From positions 9,300,001 to 9,364,000 of the forward strand of contig NC_047062.1 of assembly GCF_902459465.1 (NCBI RefSeq): DNA of 64,000 nt, read 5' to 3'. How positions within the stretch are numbered: position 1 is the stretch's first letter; each line of letters begins with the position of its first letter. The position numbers were made by a program, and so were the translations under genes. Under the pieces are notes generated by a model. That model was not told the DNA's origin and did not search any database. It saw nothing but the letters and a program-made list of their open reading frames with translations. The DNA comes from Asterias rubens (taxonomy: Eukaryota). Below, one piece after another: positions 12,765 through 24,483 of the stretch.

Positions 12765-13747
12765 CTTAAGTGAGGACAAATATTGAGCTAAAATATGTTT
12801 TAATGACAGCAATATTGATCGAATAGTACGCATGTACGCCAACGGCCTTGAGTAAGAAGAAATAATACACACGTGGTGTACACACGAGAGGGAAGCTTGC
12901 CACAGCCTTGTTCACGCAAAATATATTATTCGTTTCTTACTTCATCCATGTGGTCTTATTTTTTTAAATCATTTTTTTTTTGTTTTTAATTGCAGATTAA
13001 GTCACTTTTTTCGTACTTAAATGTAAACACTTTCAGAAAGAAAAAAACACAAAAGGGCTCATGTGACCGCGCGAATTATTTGGCGCGCTATTTGTGACGT
13101 CTGTGACCTTTCGAGATTATTGACGTCTCAACACAGTGAAAGCAAAAGGTGGGGTAAGTTAAACCCGCTTACGTTCTCACTAGCTGCTTTTCCCGGGAAA
13201 AACGTTTTTCCCCGGGGTTAACTCCTTTAACCCTACCCCTTAACTGGGTAAAGTATTTCCCGGGAAAATGTTATTTCCCGGGAATGTTTTTGTAGTGTGA
13301 ACAGATCGACTAACATTTCGCGGGAATTTCCGGGGAAATACATGTAGTGTGAAAAGGGCTTTTGAGTTACCAACTTTGGATAGTGAGAACGGTTGCTGGG
13401 GTTAAAAACTGCCGGGACTTTACCTGGAGTTCGTGCGGGAAAGAGAACTTGTAACCAAATAATCGACTGTGCTCAACGAACCCGTTCTGACTCAATTTCA
13501 ACACGGAAGTTTGTTTAGAATAGTGGTACCGTTATATAACAACAACTTCATATCATGAGGAGTGTGCTGTGGGGGTTGAACGATTTGATTGTAGCTTCTA
13601 ACTAAAAGGCAGGTTCCATGGTTCCCCGTTAGCAGTGGATCAGTTGCTACATCAAAGTTTGCTACAAACGTTTTTTTAACGGTTAACATTTTGGGAAATG
13701 TAAAAGAGGAGCTGTGCCTTCCACACTATGGCGTAAAACCGCCAGCT

Positions 13748-14062
13748 TTAAAGGCACATGGACACCTTTCTAAACCAGTCTCCTCACTTGGTGTAGCTCA
13801 TACATATGCATAAAATAACAAGCTCGTGAAAATTTGAGCTCAATTGGTCGACGCCTTTAATTCTAGACCTCAGCTGAAGTCTCGAATTCAATTCAAATAT
13901 TTTAGTGAGAAATTACTTATTTCTCATAAAACTACGTTACTTCAGAGGGTGCCGTTTATCACAATGTATTATACATCAACCTCTCCCCATTACTCGTTAC
14001 CAAGTAAGTTTTTATGCTTGTAATTATTTTGAGTAACTATCAATAGTGTCCACTGCCTTTAA
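13748..14062. mobile_element. TTAA MITE, full-length-like copy
   Basis: ttaaaggcacatggacac ... gtgtccactgcctttaa; body matches the family in the opposite orientation to 778-1157. Confidence 0.8.
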
Positions 14063-15480
14063 GGTAGGGGGAGTTGATTCAAAAACTGGGTCATGGGTTG
14101 CACCGATGACATGATCTAAGTCATTGTGCATATTGACTCCCCTCAAATTCACAGCCCGGGGGTTTGTGCCCCATTATTACATTTCTAGTGTATAATAATG
14201 TGTGATAATGTTGAATCTGTATTTTTATTACGCGTTACCCATAATGTTGTGTAAAACCTATAGACCATGTGAACCTTGTTTACAATAAGTGTGACCTTGT
14301 ATATTCTTTCAGTATTCTGGCAGGCATTGTACTACGCTGGTCCTATGGGAAAGTTGACATTTTGTGCCATAATTTCCACATAAAACCAAAAGTTATGAAA
14401 GTAAAAGCTGGACAAGTTTTGAGCTGTGCCTCCTTGAATCATATCAAAAGTTGATAAGAATTAGAAAGTGCAATCTCCATAAAATATACGATTTTATATT
14501 TTCTTCCATTGAGCTGTGTACAAATCATGCCTGCAGGAAGCCCAGGCTCTGTGGCTCTTTTGTAAACATGTGATGTCACAGATCACATCGTCTTAGGCGT
14601 AGCCTACTACACGTATACCAGAATTATCCATATTTATGTATCAAAACATACTTTACCACCAGTATCACTCACATTTTGTGTGTCAAGGGAAGGGTTGTCT
14701 TTGATCAACCCCAAACCATTTAAGGTTGATTAAGCCTTTCTTAACTCCAGTTAAACTAGGGCTATCTATTTGACTAATGTATCAAGGCTTTATTATAGGC
14801 CTGTCTTACAAGATTGACAAAATTGTGTAGCAAACAAGTGGTTTTGAATCCCTTAAAACAAAACAAAAAATTGAATAAAGCTATAATGAAACATTTAGAA
14901 CAATCATTAAACAAGGGAATGTGAAATAATGCAGGGATCCGGCTCTTTTCTCATTCATTCGTCATTGCTTTAATTATTGAACTGAGACAAGTTGAACCAA
15001 TTATAACCAATGACGTAATGTTTATTCATGGATATTACGGATATTACTCTCCTATCGACTACATTGAGAACACGACAGCTTACCGTAGTAAATTGACATG
15101 TGTTAATATCGATCATTTATGAACAGATTGTTATATATTTTCCAAATGCTCTGATTATCTGTTCAGATGGAAAAGCACCAGCCATTCGTCATCAATACGA
15201 CCGGCCTTAAGACCAGCTTTTAAAAAAAAAGTATTTTAAAACGCCCTTTTTTTAAAGCAGAAACATGAGAGTCTGAAAACTGGTCAAAAACCACGTTTTG
15301 TTAAATAGAAACACACTGACTGGAATTACTGCATGAATGTTATGTGCAAAGTTATATATTAATAAACCGGTAGTTTAAAGCCAGGAATAAATGTATTTTG
15401 AATGAAATTCCCACATTCATCTAAAATTGTTTAATTGTGTTTGCATTTCTCTAATACATTGCAATTACCAACATGGGATA

Positions 15481-15995
15481 GTATACAAATATTGACTGCT
15501 TCGAGTGCTATGGTTAAAACTATGACTCCCGAGGTGATCCCCGGAGCGTTCTATTTTCCCGAGGCGAAGCCGAGGGGAAAAAAAACGCTACGGGGATCAC
15601 CGAGGGAGTCATAGTTTTTAACCATTGCACGAGTAAAAGCAGTCAATATTTGTTTTATAACACCCCAAACATTTCTAATCACTGTACTATTATTATTAAA
15701 TGACAGACCTGAATGCTACAATCCACGGACGACGCGAATACAGATTGCAAACACTTTTACTTACTGTGCTGCATGTAGTGTCGTGCAACCCGAAATGGTT
15801 ACAGACTATTAATTTATCATCCTCGTACACGCAACGGACGTCTGGGTTCTGCACGCCGTGTGCTAGTCTTCGGACTAGCGCATGGCAAACCGACGCACTA
15901 TCACACGGCCGTCGTCTAGCAAAACTAAGACATGTCATGTGACGCGCTCTAAACCAATGAGCAGGCAGAATACTTGCAAGGGGTGTTATAAACGT
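15481..15995. mobile_element. Palindrome-ended non-autonomous element (Crypton-like, by inference), copy 1
   Basis: About 165-bp hairpin 15486-15652 with core CCCGAGGCGAAGCCGAGGG, plus an inverted pair ttataacacccc (about 15655) and ggggtgttataa (about 15980). A second copy is inverted at 33520-34184. No TTAA-type TSD seen. Confidence 0.6.
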
Positions 15996-16237
15996 CGATA
16001 TTGTATTTAATAATTGCATTGAATCGAATAGCATTGAATGATGGCCTTTGCGCGTTTGATGTGTCGCACAGTATTTTAGCTCGTCTGATTTTATAGATGA
16101 CCAAGTTATTGTTTATTATTAATAACCGTTATTGACAACCTCTGTTATGTGTTATTCTCACTACTTTCAGATACTCAATTTTTCGTCTTTTGGGAACACC
16201 GTCTAAGTTTCATTTTGGATACAACGACGTCGCCGTC

Positions 16238-19200
16238 ATGGACAATGCGACGACAGCGGGACAGACTCAGTCTACAGTGACATCATACGTTGGGATTGTC
16301 AACTCATCAGACAATTTAACGAATGTGACTGTATGGCCTGCTTGCTACCTAAACAAAGAAACCCCAAAGACAAAGGAACTTTTGAAAGGTATGCCTTATA
16401 TAGATAGAACTGTAAATGGGCGTCAGACAGACAGATGAAAGAAGCGCTTTCGATATTTACCAACGAATTGAGTGTTTCTATTCACTCGAATGATTTCGAA
16501 CTGTCTCTAGCTACTGGGAAACCTCGGTGGTCTAGTTGGTATGACCATGGTATGACACGGTCGTGGGTTCGAATCCCATCCGATTAATTCGCTGGGATTG
16601 TTTTCAAGGACTCGAGAAAGAACTGAGCACACAGTGTGAACACACATCGTTGTGCATTATTATGGGGTAAAACCAAAATGAGCATTCTTTTTCCCCGATG
16701 CAAATTTAACATCTATTAAGAGTGTTTCTCTTTATTATCATATGCGCTTTTTAAACAGAGGGAACTTTTAAATTTGTGGAGATGATATTCAAACAAGGAG
16801 AAGGAAACCGGTGACTTTTTAAAAACTATTTCTCTATTTTCTTTTTTGACTTCAGTAATAATACAGAGTCCTGCCCACATTGCCGTCATGCTCTCAGCCC
16901 TACTCTTAGTGTTCTGCACTCTGGTGATGTACATTGAGGGACAGATGTACATTCTTAAGAAAATCCCAGGAAGACGAAAGGTTCACCTGTCATTTATATT
17001 CAGTTTATACCCAGTGAGTATAATGTTATTCTATTTATAACCAGAAAGTGTTTTGTTATATTTTATACCCAGTATTTATTGTGTTATTCAGTATATACCA
17101 AGCAAGTATTTTATTATTATTTTCAGTGTTTATTTTGTTACTTAATTTATACCCAGTGACTTTTTATACCCAGAGAGCTTTGGCTCCCATCGAGGACAAG
17201 AAACTCAGGGTGGTGATAGAAAAAAATATGACCCAATTTTTTCAAAATGATTTCTGATGGACGAAACGTTTTCAGATGGGCCCTTTTCATAAACGATAGC
17301 TTAGGATTTGGCGTCCGGCTAAAGCTCCGTCCACCTGTTTGATACCCCGTACAAAAAAAACCGCTCGTTTTTCAAAGTAACTGACGGAACCGAAGCCAGA
17401 GCCACAGCCGAAAGTACTGCCGTGATTTCAAAAGGGGAACAGAACATCTAAAAACTTTCTTCTTTTCCATTGTTATGAGTCACAAAACGTTTATGCGTCC
17501 TTACTGTTGTAATGTTATTTGGCTGACCTATTTTAACATGTGTTAATAGTTTTAACTTTTTCTACAGGTGTTTTCAGCGACATCGTTATGTGGCTTTTTT
17601 ATTCCGAAGGCACACATAGTTGCCAAGTTTACGTCTGAAATGTAAGTTTTTATAGTGCTCATAACTATGTTTTATTAATGTCCGTAATATACTTTAAAGG
17701 GAAGGTACACGTTTGGTTATTACTCAAAACAAATATTTACTTCAAAACTGACTTGGTAACGAGCATTGGAGAGCAGTTGATAGTATAAAACATTGTGGAA
17801 AACGACTCCCTCTGAAGTAACGAGCTAGAAGGCTTTTATACCTATCTGAAAGCACACAAATTCGTCAAACAAGGGTGTTTTTGTTTCCTCGTTTTCTCGC
17901 AATTTCGATGACCGATTGAGCGCAAATTTTCACAGGCTTGTTACGTTATGCTTGGATACACCAAGTGAGAAGACTGGTCTTTGACAATATTACCAAACGT
18001 GTACCCTCCCTTTAATATTGTATGTTTCTAAAATTGTGGCATCAGAAGATTAACTTGATAGTTTAGGTAATTTAGTTTACTTTTTTGAAATCCATCAGGG
18101 TTATTTTTGTTTCATCTCTCCTATGTGCATGTTTATGTTTTCTTTATCGTTCTAAATTTTGTATTTTGCATTTTTACCTGTGAAATTAATTAATGAAATG
18201 AATTGAAATAAATGAAAGTGAAAGTGCACCAAGGTTTTCCAAAGACACATTTAAAACACAATTGCTGCGTATGGTGTGCTTTCAGATGCATGAGTCTGAA
18301 GTATTTTTTTATATTCACAGTTTTGGGGTGAATTAATTAGTTCACAAAAATGCGCATTGTTTTTAAATTGAAATTTGTAATTATTAAATGTGTAAAAGGT
18401 GAAGTTTAAAAAGGCATTCGACGCCATTCATCATTTTCATCAGAGGCAGCAAAATCACGGAACCTTTCAAATAATACGCCTAGTTTTTGGTATAATTATC
18501 AATTCGAACAACAAACCTGTGTAAAAACATGGAGGAAGGAAGAGTAAAACGAGTGCGCATAATTATTTTCGTAAAAAAACCCGTAAGTTGTTGCTCTATA
18601 GGTCTCTCCATTCGCAAGTGCATAGCAAGTGAAATATGATGACGAATATAAAAGCCAATCACGTAGTTTTAGGTCAAACTAATAACCACTAATATAGCTA
18701 GCAACAGGCCTACTCTTGATCTATTGCACCTTTTGACCCCTTTTTAACGTTGGTATTTTATATTGTGTGTTTTTATGTGAGCAAAAAAAAATGCCAAATG
18801 AATTTCCCAAGCACAATTGTATTGTATTGTATCATATGTGTTTCCATGCTACAGGTTTCGGGGAGGATTAAGACAAGCCTTGATTTCACTGAATTGCTTT
18901 AATTATTAAACACTGTTTATGTTGCTAGGCCTACTCTTTATAACTACTTTATTTTTTTTTTCAGTTGCGTTTTAGATGTGCAACTCGTAGGCTTTGTATA
19001 GTTTTTACTGTGTTCACATTGTTAAGAGTAAAGATATCCATCTGAGCATGTTGCATGGACAGACGTGATAATGATCACTGTTGCTAATAATAACACTGTA
19101 CACAATTTGAAAATCATACATTTTGGAAGACCATAATATTTTAGTAGTAAGAATTTTATTTCACTTTAAAAATACAAAACTTCATTTTTTCCTCTAAACT

Positions 19201-21837
19201 TTCTAGTTGGCTCTCGCTGGTGCTATTCCAGTTTGTATTATTAGTAAGCGAGTACTTTGGGAGCAGGGAAAAGATGTTAAATAGTCTACATGGCGTTAAG
19301 ATTCCCTTAGCTGGTCCTCCGTGTCTCTGCTGTTGCTGTTGTTGTCTCCCATCGGTGCTTATCAGCGGGTGAGTTAAGATTGGTCATCTTTGTTTGGGGT
19401 TACAGGTTATCGATGTTATCATGTCAATTATATTGGTCTAACAATGGGTTTTATAACCTTCTTTATGTTCTGAGTGTTTCTCCTTGAACCTTTTGCGTCA
19501 CCATATGGACGTGTTAAAAGCACTGGACACCTTGGTAATTGTCAAACACCAGTCTTCTCACTCGGTGTATCTCAACATATGCATTAAATAACAAACCTGG
19601 GGAAAAATTGAACTCAATTGGTCGTCGAAGTTGCAAGAGAAAAATGGAAGGAAAAAACACCCTTGTCGCACAAGTGGTGTCACATGAGTGGTGTGCTTTC
19701 ATATGCTTGAATTCGAGACCTCAGCTGAGGTCTCCAATTCAATTCAATTTGTTACACTGAGAAATTAAGTTATTTCTCAAAAACGACAGGATTTCATCAG
19801 AGGGTGCCGTTTCTCACAATGTTTGATACTATCCACAGCTCACCATTGCACGTTACCAAGTAAGTTTTTATGCTCACAATTAGTTTGAGTAATTACCAGT
19901 GTTCATTGCCTTTGAAGATGGTGAAAATACAGTTTTGTGGCATGCACGACATCCACCATGTCCCCACAACCCATCGCTTCACACTCATTTTTGTCTTATA
20001 CCGCCCTCTATTGTTGACTGAATTTTTTCGTGGATTCAATTTCTACTTCTATTTTGAATGTATTTGACCCTCAGCAAGAATGTGGACACTTTCGTTCGAA
20101 GAGTGAAGATTCTGGTTCTACAGGTTGCAGTTCTACGTCCCATCATGTGGTTCATCGCAATCATTCTATGGATTAATGGCAATTATACCGAAGGAGCGGT
20201 AAGACCATTATTAAGAAAGATTATTTCCATTGGACACGTCTGAATCACGTCAAAATATTAATGTTTATGTTTCCCGTTGGTATGTCAGATTTGTCATAAC
20301 TACTTTCGGATGTTGGACGTGTGTAAAGGATCTCTTTTTGCATGATATTGAAGGGCAAATTTTTTCTTTTTCTAAGCATGTTGACGATTTAGGCCAGCAA
20401 AGAACAGAGCATGATGAAGAGTTCTGTAAAGTTCTGGAATCCTTACACAACTACTTTTTGATATACAAAATAAATAAATAGAGAAAAATACCGAATATCC
20501 CGGCTCTCGATTTCACGAAGCGCTAAAATTGTTCCTATAATATGAACCGTTTTAAGGTGTGTTAAATCAAACATTGAGAGACAATGACTTGGCTGTACGA
20601 CTTTCGACTGACCACTAAATTTACGCTTGTTGTTCTACAGTATTGAAATTACAGCCAACAGTAAAACTTAGCCACAGATACAGACCTATCAACTTGAAGC
20701 CAAAATTATAATTTCCCATAACTTGTCTCTTACTACATGCAGTTATCCTTCGGGGATGCGTACCCCTACATGGCTGTTATTTCTGTGGTATCCAACATGG
20801 CCGGTCTTCAAGCTCTGGTCACCCTCTTCAAGATATCTCAGGATCCACTGTCGTCTTACAGGATAAAACCCAAGTTTTTTACCGTGCAGTTCACGTTGAT
20901 TATCACCAGCGTACAGTCCCTGGTCACCGGGACGCTAGCAAAGTTTGGCGTTATCAAATGTTTGGGCCCATTCAACCCAAGGGTTAACGAAAAATGTAAG
21001 TCACTAAAATTTATCATCTTTTGTTTAAAATGTCATTATTATTCAAAGTGCACCAATGTAAAGCATCACTACATTAAAAAAAACACCATTAATTTTGGGC
21101 AAATTACGTACAAATTGAGCCAAACAAAACAACCCTACAGTATCATTCACATGAGGCCTAAGTCCCACCAGGTCCTGCACCAACCAAGCTAGTACGATGG
21201 CATAAAGGTGCGTCTAAAGAGTGTAACAATTATGTAAATATCACACATTCTAAACAGTGTCTTGTGATCGCATAACCGTATTCGTAACTTGTGACCTCAC
21301 CTCGAAAGGTTCTGACAAGTTTTCGATCATTCTCTTCCCCACTTAACAGTGATCATCAACTTTGCCGTCATCGTGGAGATGTTCTTCTTTATGATACTTG
21401 CCGCTTGGTGGTACCGTCGAGTCGAAGGCAACGTGGACCACGACCTACTGGAACGGCAGTCGTATAAGAGGCTGTCTCGGGCCTCTTACAAGAAGAACCC
21501 TGCTGAACAGATCATTCTAAGGGACGTAGAGCCAACCAAAGGCGAGATATCCCTACACTCATCATCACCGAATAACAATGACGTGCCAACAGATGATGGT
21601 ATCTGGCGGCAACGCCGGGAGTCCAATGGGAAAGTTGACGTGAAGAACACGCGGTCAACGTCTGCTGCAGTGACGCACTCCACTCAAAAGGCGGGAAAAC
21701 CTCACAAAGACTTCCAAAAGGAACCACTGTTGACGAGTACCAGTATGACTGATGAAAAGGCTGCCAGTGACGTCATTGTATCACCTTCAACATTTCCGAT
21801 CGACGAATTTGCGTCTTCCAGGGAAACTGACGTATGA
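16238..21837 (+). CDS. SLC51A: Organic solute transporter alpha-like, paralogue 2 (complete CDS, 7 coding exons, 469 aa)
   Basis: Exons 16238-16388, 16856-17013, 17568-17641, 19207-19368, 20075-20198, 20743-20995, 21350-21837, all GT-AG with consistent phases and summing to 1410 nt. Start context gccgtcATGg. Contains the OSTalpha hallmarks SLYP|VFSATSLCGFFIPKA, EYFGSRE, cysteine cluster GPPCLCCCCCCLP, LQVAVLRP and KPKFFTVQ. Confidence 0.9.
16515..16716 (+). mobile_element. tRNA-derived SINE in intron 1 of SLC51A-like paralogue 2
   Basis: Pol III A box (tggtctagttggt, about 16528-16540) and B box (ggttcgaatccc, 16566-16577), followed by a non-tRNA body ending ...ccccgatgcaaatttaacatcta. No cloverleaf acceptor stem. 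Confidence 0.7.
17694..18015. mobile_element. TTAA MITE, subfamily with AGGGAAGGTACAC termini
   Basis: TTAA|agggaaggtacacgtttggt ... accaaacgtgtaccctccct|TTAA; body shared with the main family. Confidence 0.82.
19514..19915. mobile_element. TTAA MITE copy (intronic)
   Basis: ttaaaagcactggacacc ... gtgttcattgcctttgaa; family body. Confidence 0.78.
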
Positions 21838-22635
21838 TACTTTCGAGTCTAAGAACTAAAACGTTACGAGTTTCTTATTTTGTATTTTAGTTTATATCTG
21901 TGTGTTGTTTCATTGCGTAATACGGAGCTGCACTTGCAAGTATTATATGATGCATCTGGAGTTAGTGATGGTCATACCTGCTGACCATTGTAGTCGGGTC
22001 AGCTATAAATTCAGCCAACACCACTGTGGCTGAATGCATTTTTTTTAATTATTTTGTTTTTAAATAATTGTATAGTTTCAGTTTAAAATGCAACCCAAAG
22101 AAACGTAATTTTGGTGAATTTTTGAGGTTACCGATGGTCAAACTATAAAGATTCCAGAGTAGAGCCCCGGTGACGATATTTTGACGGTGGGGTATTGATG
22201 GTGCGTTTAATTGCACAAGAAGGCAAATCGTCTTTAGTCGCTACTTTTATGTAGTTCATGTAGTTGCTTAACCCCGTTGTATGAAGTTACAACTGCTACA
22301 AGTCGGCCCAACTACTACGGCGCAAGTGTGAAATATTGACTAAGACACACAATGCAGTGGTATTTTTTATTGAGCAACAATTTTACCAAATTAATGGTAG
22401 CCTGAACATCTCACGTCATTCTTCGAGGCTCGTGAATAACGCCAGAGACAGGTTCACCCGAGTAATCACCGCGGGGTAGACCCAGGGAAGCTAAACGAAT
22501 GCACCCTCTCAGACACCCGCATTTTGTCCTTGCTCTATGATTTATCCAATGGTATCATTGTACACAAAGGAATCACTGGATCTGAATAGCTGGTATCTGT
22601 CTTTAGACATAAGGGGCCCAGTCTACTTGGAGTGG

Positions 22636-22707
22636 TTCGCTCGTCCCCAGCGGCCAGTCTATCCAGTCAAAACCTTTGGCTAAAGCAAAGCGCTGGGGAC
22701 GAGCGAA
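22636..22707. mobile_element. 72-bp MITE with 9-bp TSD (Mutator-like by TSD length)
   Basis: TIRs ttcgctcgtccccagcg / cgctggggacgagcgaa, flanked by ttggagtgg (22627-35) and tttgagtgg (22708-16). Longer relative at 33670-33893. Confidence 0.75.
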
Positions 22708-24116
22708 TTTGAGTGGCCGCAATAATTCGGTAGCGCCCTCTGTTGTTGTCAGGGATAGGCCCTTTTGAAATAAAGGGATAGACTATTTTATTTAAAAGTT
22801 TATTTTAATTATGACATAAGATGTATACTATATTATAGTATTGATATGATTAAAATGTTATCACCGTAGTATAATTCAATAAAAAAAATCAGTTTTTAAA
22901 AGTGATATATAGAATCATAACAGAGCAACGATGGCGAGACCAACAACGGTGTTATTTTGAGAACTTGCCTTTGATACAACCGTGGGACGGCGATGAGTAC
23001 ACGGAGGTGGAAATTAGTAACCAGACATTTTCATTTGGTGGAAGAAGGGGAAAAGCGAGGGAGGCAACCGCCATGGGGTGCCCTCATGGGTGGTGGTTAG
23101 GTACACACTCAAATCGAGGACTCATAACAGGAAGAACGGGGTTCTCGGTTGGTGAAGGTCCCCATTTTGGAAAGTGTATATCAAAACCAATGGGAGACAA
23201 AAACAAACGAGGAAGGACCATCCCCTGTGGCAGGTGTTTACGCTAAGCTTTCATTCAAATGTGATGTCCTGGGTTGACAGTATTTACAATTATATGTGCA
23301 CATTGTATATTACGGATGACATCGACAATTATCAACTCGAGCAAAGTCGCTTACTCTAGAGTAGGGTGGGGCCGTGGTGCTCCAAGATCGTCGGCAATTA
23401 TTTTGGCTCTTCCAACGTTCCTCATATACCCACACAAAGTGATTACTCTACGCAAAGGAAAAAGCGAACATGACATAAAAATATAACTTCTAGAAGCCAA
23501 TACCACTAGATGACTGGGAAATTAACATGGGCTGATGGAGGTTGATTCAAAAGAGGTCGCTATCAGAGGCAGTTCGATTTTGCCGTATGGGGGGGGGGGC
23601 ATAGAATCTCCTGTCACACACACAGTTATCTTGTAATTAATGTGGCACTGATCTTAAGGGACATTTTACTGTGACATAATTCTCACAGAAAATCAAGAGT
23701 ATACAAATAATATAAACAAATCAGACAGTTGCAATTGCCACAAAAATACAAAAATTCATTGATGTTCGATTGGGCTGCGTACAACTTCCCCCATGTCTGA
23801 TCCAGGAAGTCTTTGCACATCACAGGTTGGTCTAATGGTATACAAAGTTGACTAGGGCAAAAAGGTTTTACAAATGGGCTACAATTTTTCCTAGTTGTTG
23901 GGAAACGATGAGTCCTCATCACGAGAAAGTAATTTGGTCATGTTTTCAGCGAATATATACCTTTTGGATTTGAAACGGAACCGTTAGATTGAAGTTTAAT
24001 ACATATGTATTAAAACAATAAAACTAGAACGTGTGAACATTTCATTTCAAAGGGTGGTGTAGATTATTGCCGAAAATCCGGAGTGATTTAGTCTACGCAT
24101 GGAAGACTAATTCATA

Positions 24117-24483
24117 TAAGGAACACGTTGCCTTGGATCGGTCGAGTTGGTCTTTGAAAAGCGTTTGTTATAAAATGCATATGGATAGAAAGATCTTTTA
24201 AAAGTAGAATACAATGATCCACACAAATGCCTCTAAATTGCATGGTTTTCCTTTTACCTCGTCGACTAACACGGTCGGCCATTTATGGGAGTCAAATTTT
24301 TGACTCCCATATAAATGGCCGACCGTGTTAGTCCGCAGAGTAAAAGGGAAACCACGCAATTTTGAGGCAAATTTGTGTGGATCATTGTATTCTACTTTTA
24401 AAACATCTTTCTATCCATATGCATTTTATACAAACGCTTTTTATAGACCAACTCGTCCGATCCAAGGCAACATGTTCCTTTAA
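24117..24483. mobile_element. Fully palindromic TTAA MITE (AGGAACACGTTGCC family)
   Basis: taaggaacacgttgccttggatcgg ... ccgatccaaggcaacatgttcctttaa, with near-perfect central hairpin gtcggccatttatgggagtcaaa/tttgactcccatataaatggccgac. Second copy at 49370-49759. Confidence 0.85.

Larger units (their letters stand above)
11063..13360. mobile_element. Internally deleted PIF/Harbinger-like DNA transposon with long imperfect TIRs and nested family ends
   Basis: 11063-11300 is an inverted match to about 13125-13360 (termini AGCCCTT..CACTA / TAGTGTGAAAAGGGCT, many TTCCCGGGAA modules). A further direct copy of the left end lies at 12057-12215. Contains a Myb/SANT relic (minus strand) and a Harbinger-transposase-like N-terminal relic (plus strand). 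No clean TSD seen. Confidence 0.7.

Noticed and set aside
16525-16580. tRNA gene
   Set aside because: It has A and B boxes but no complete cloverleaf and continues into a SINE-like body.
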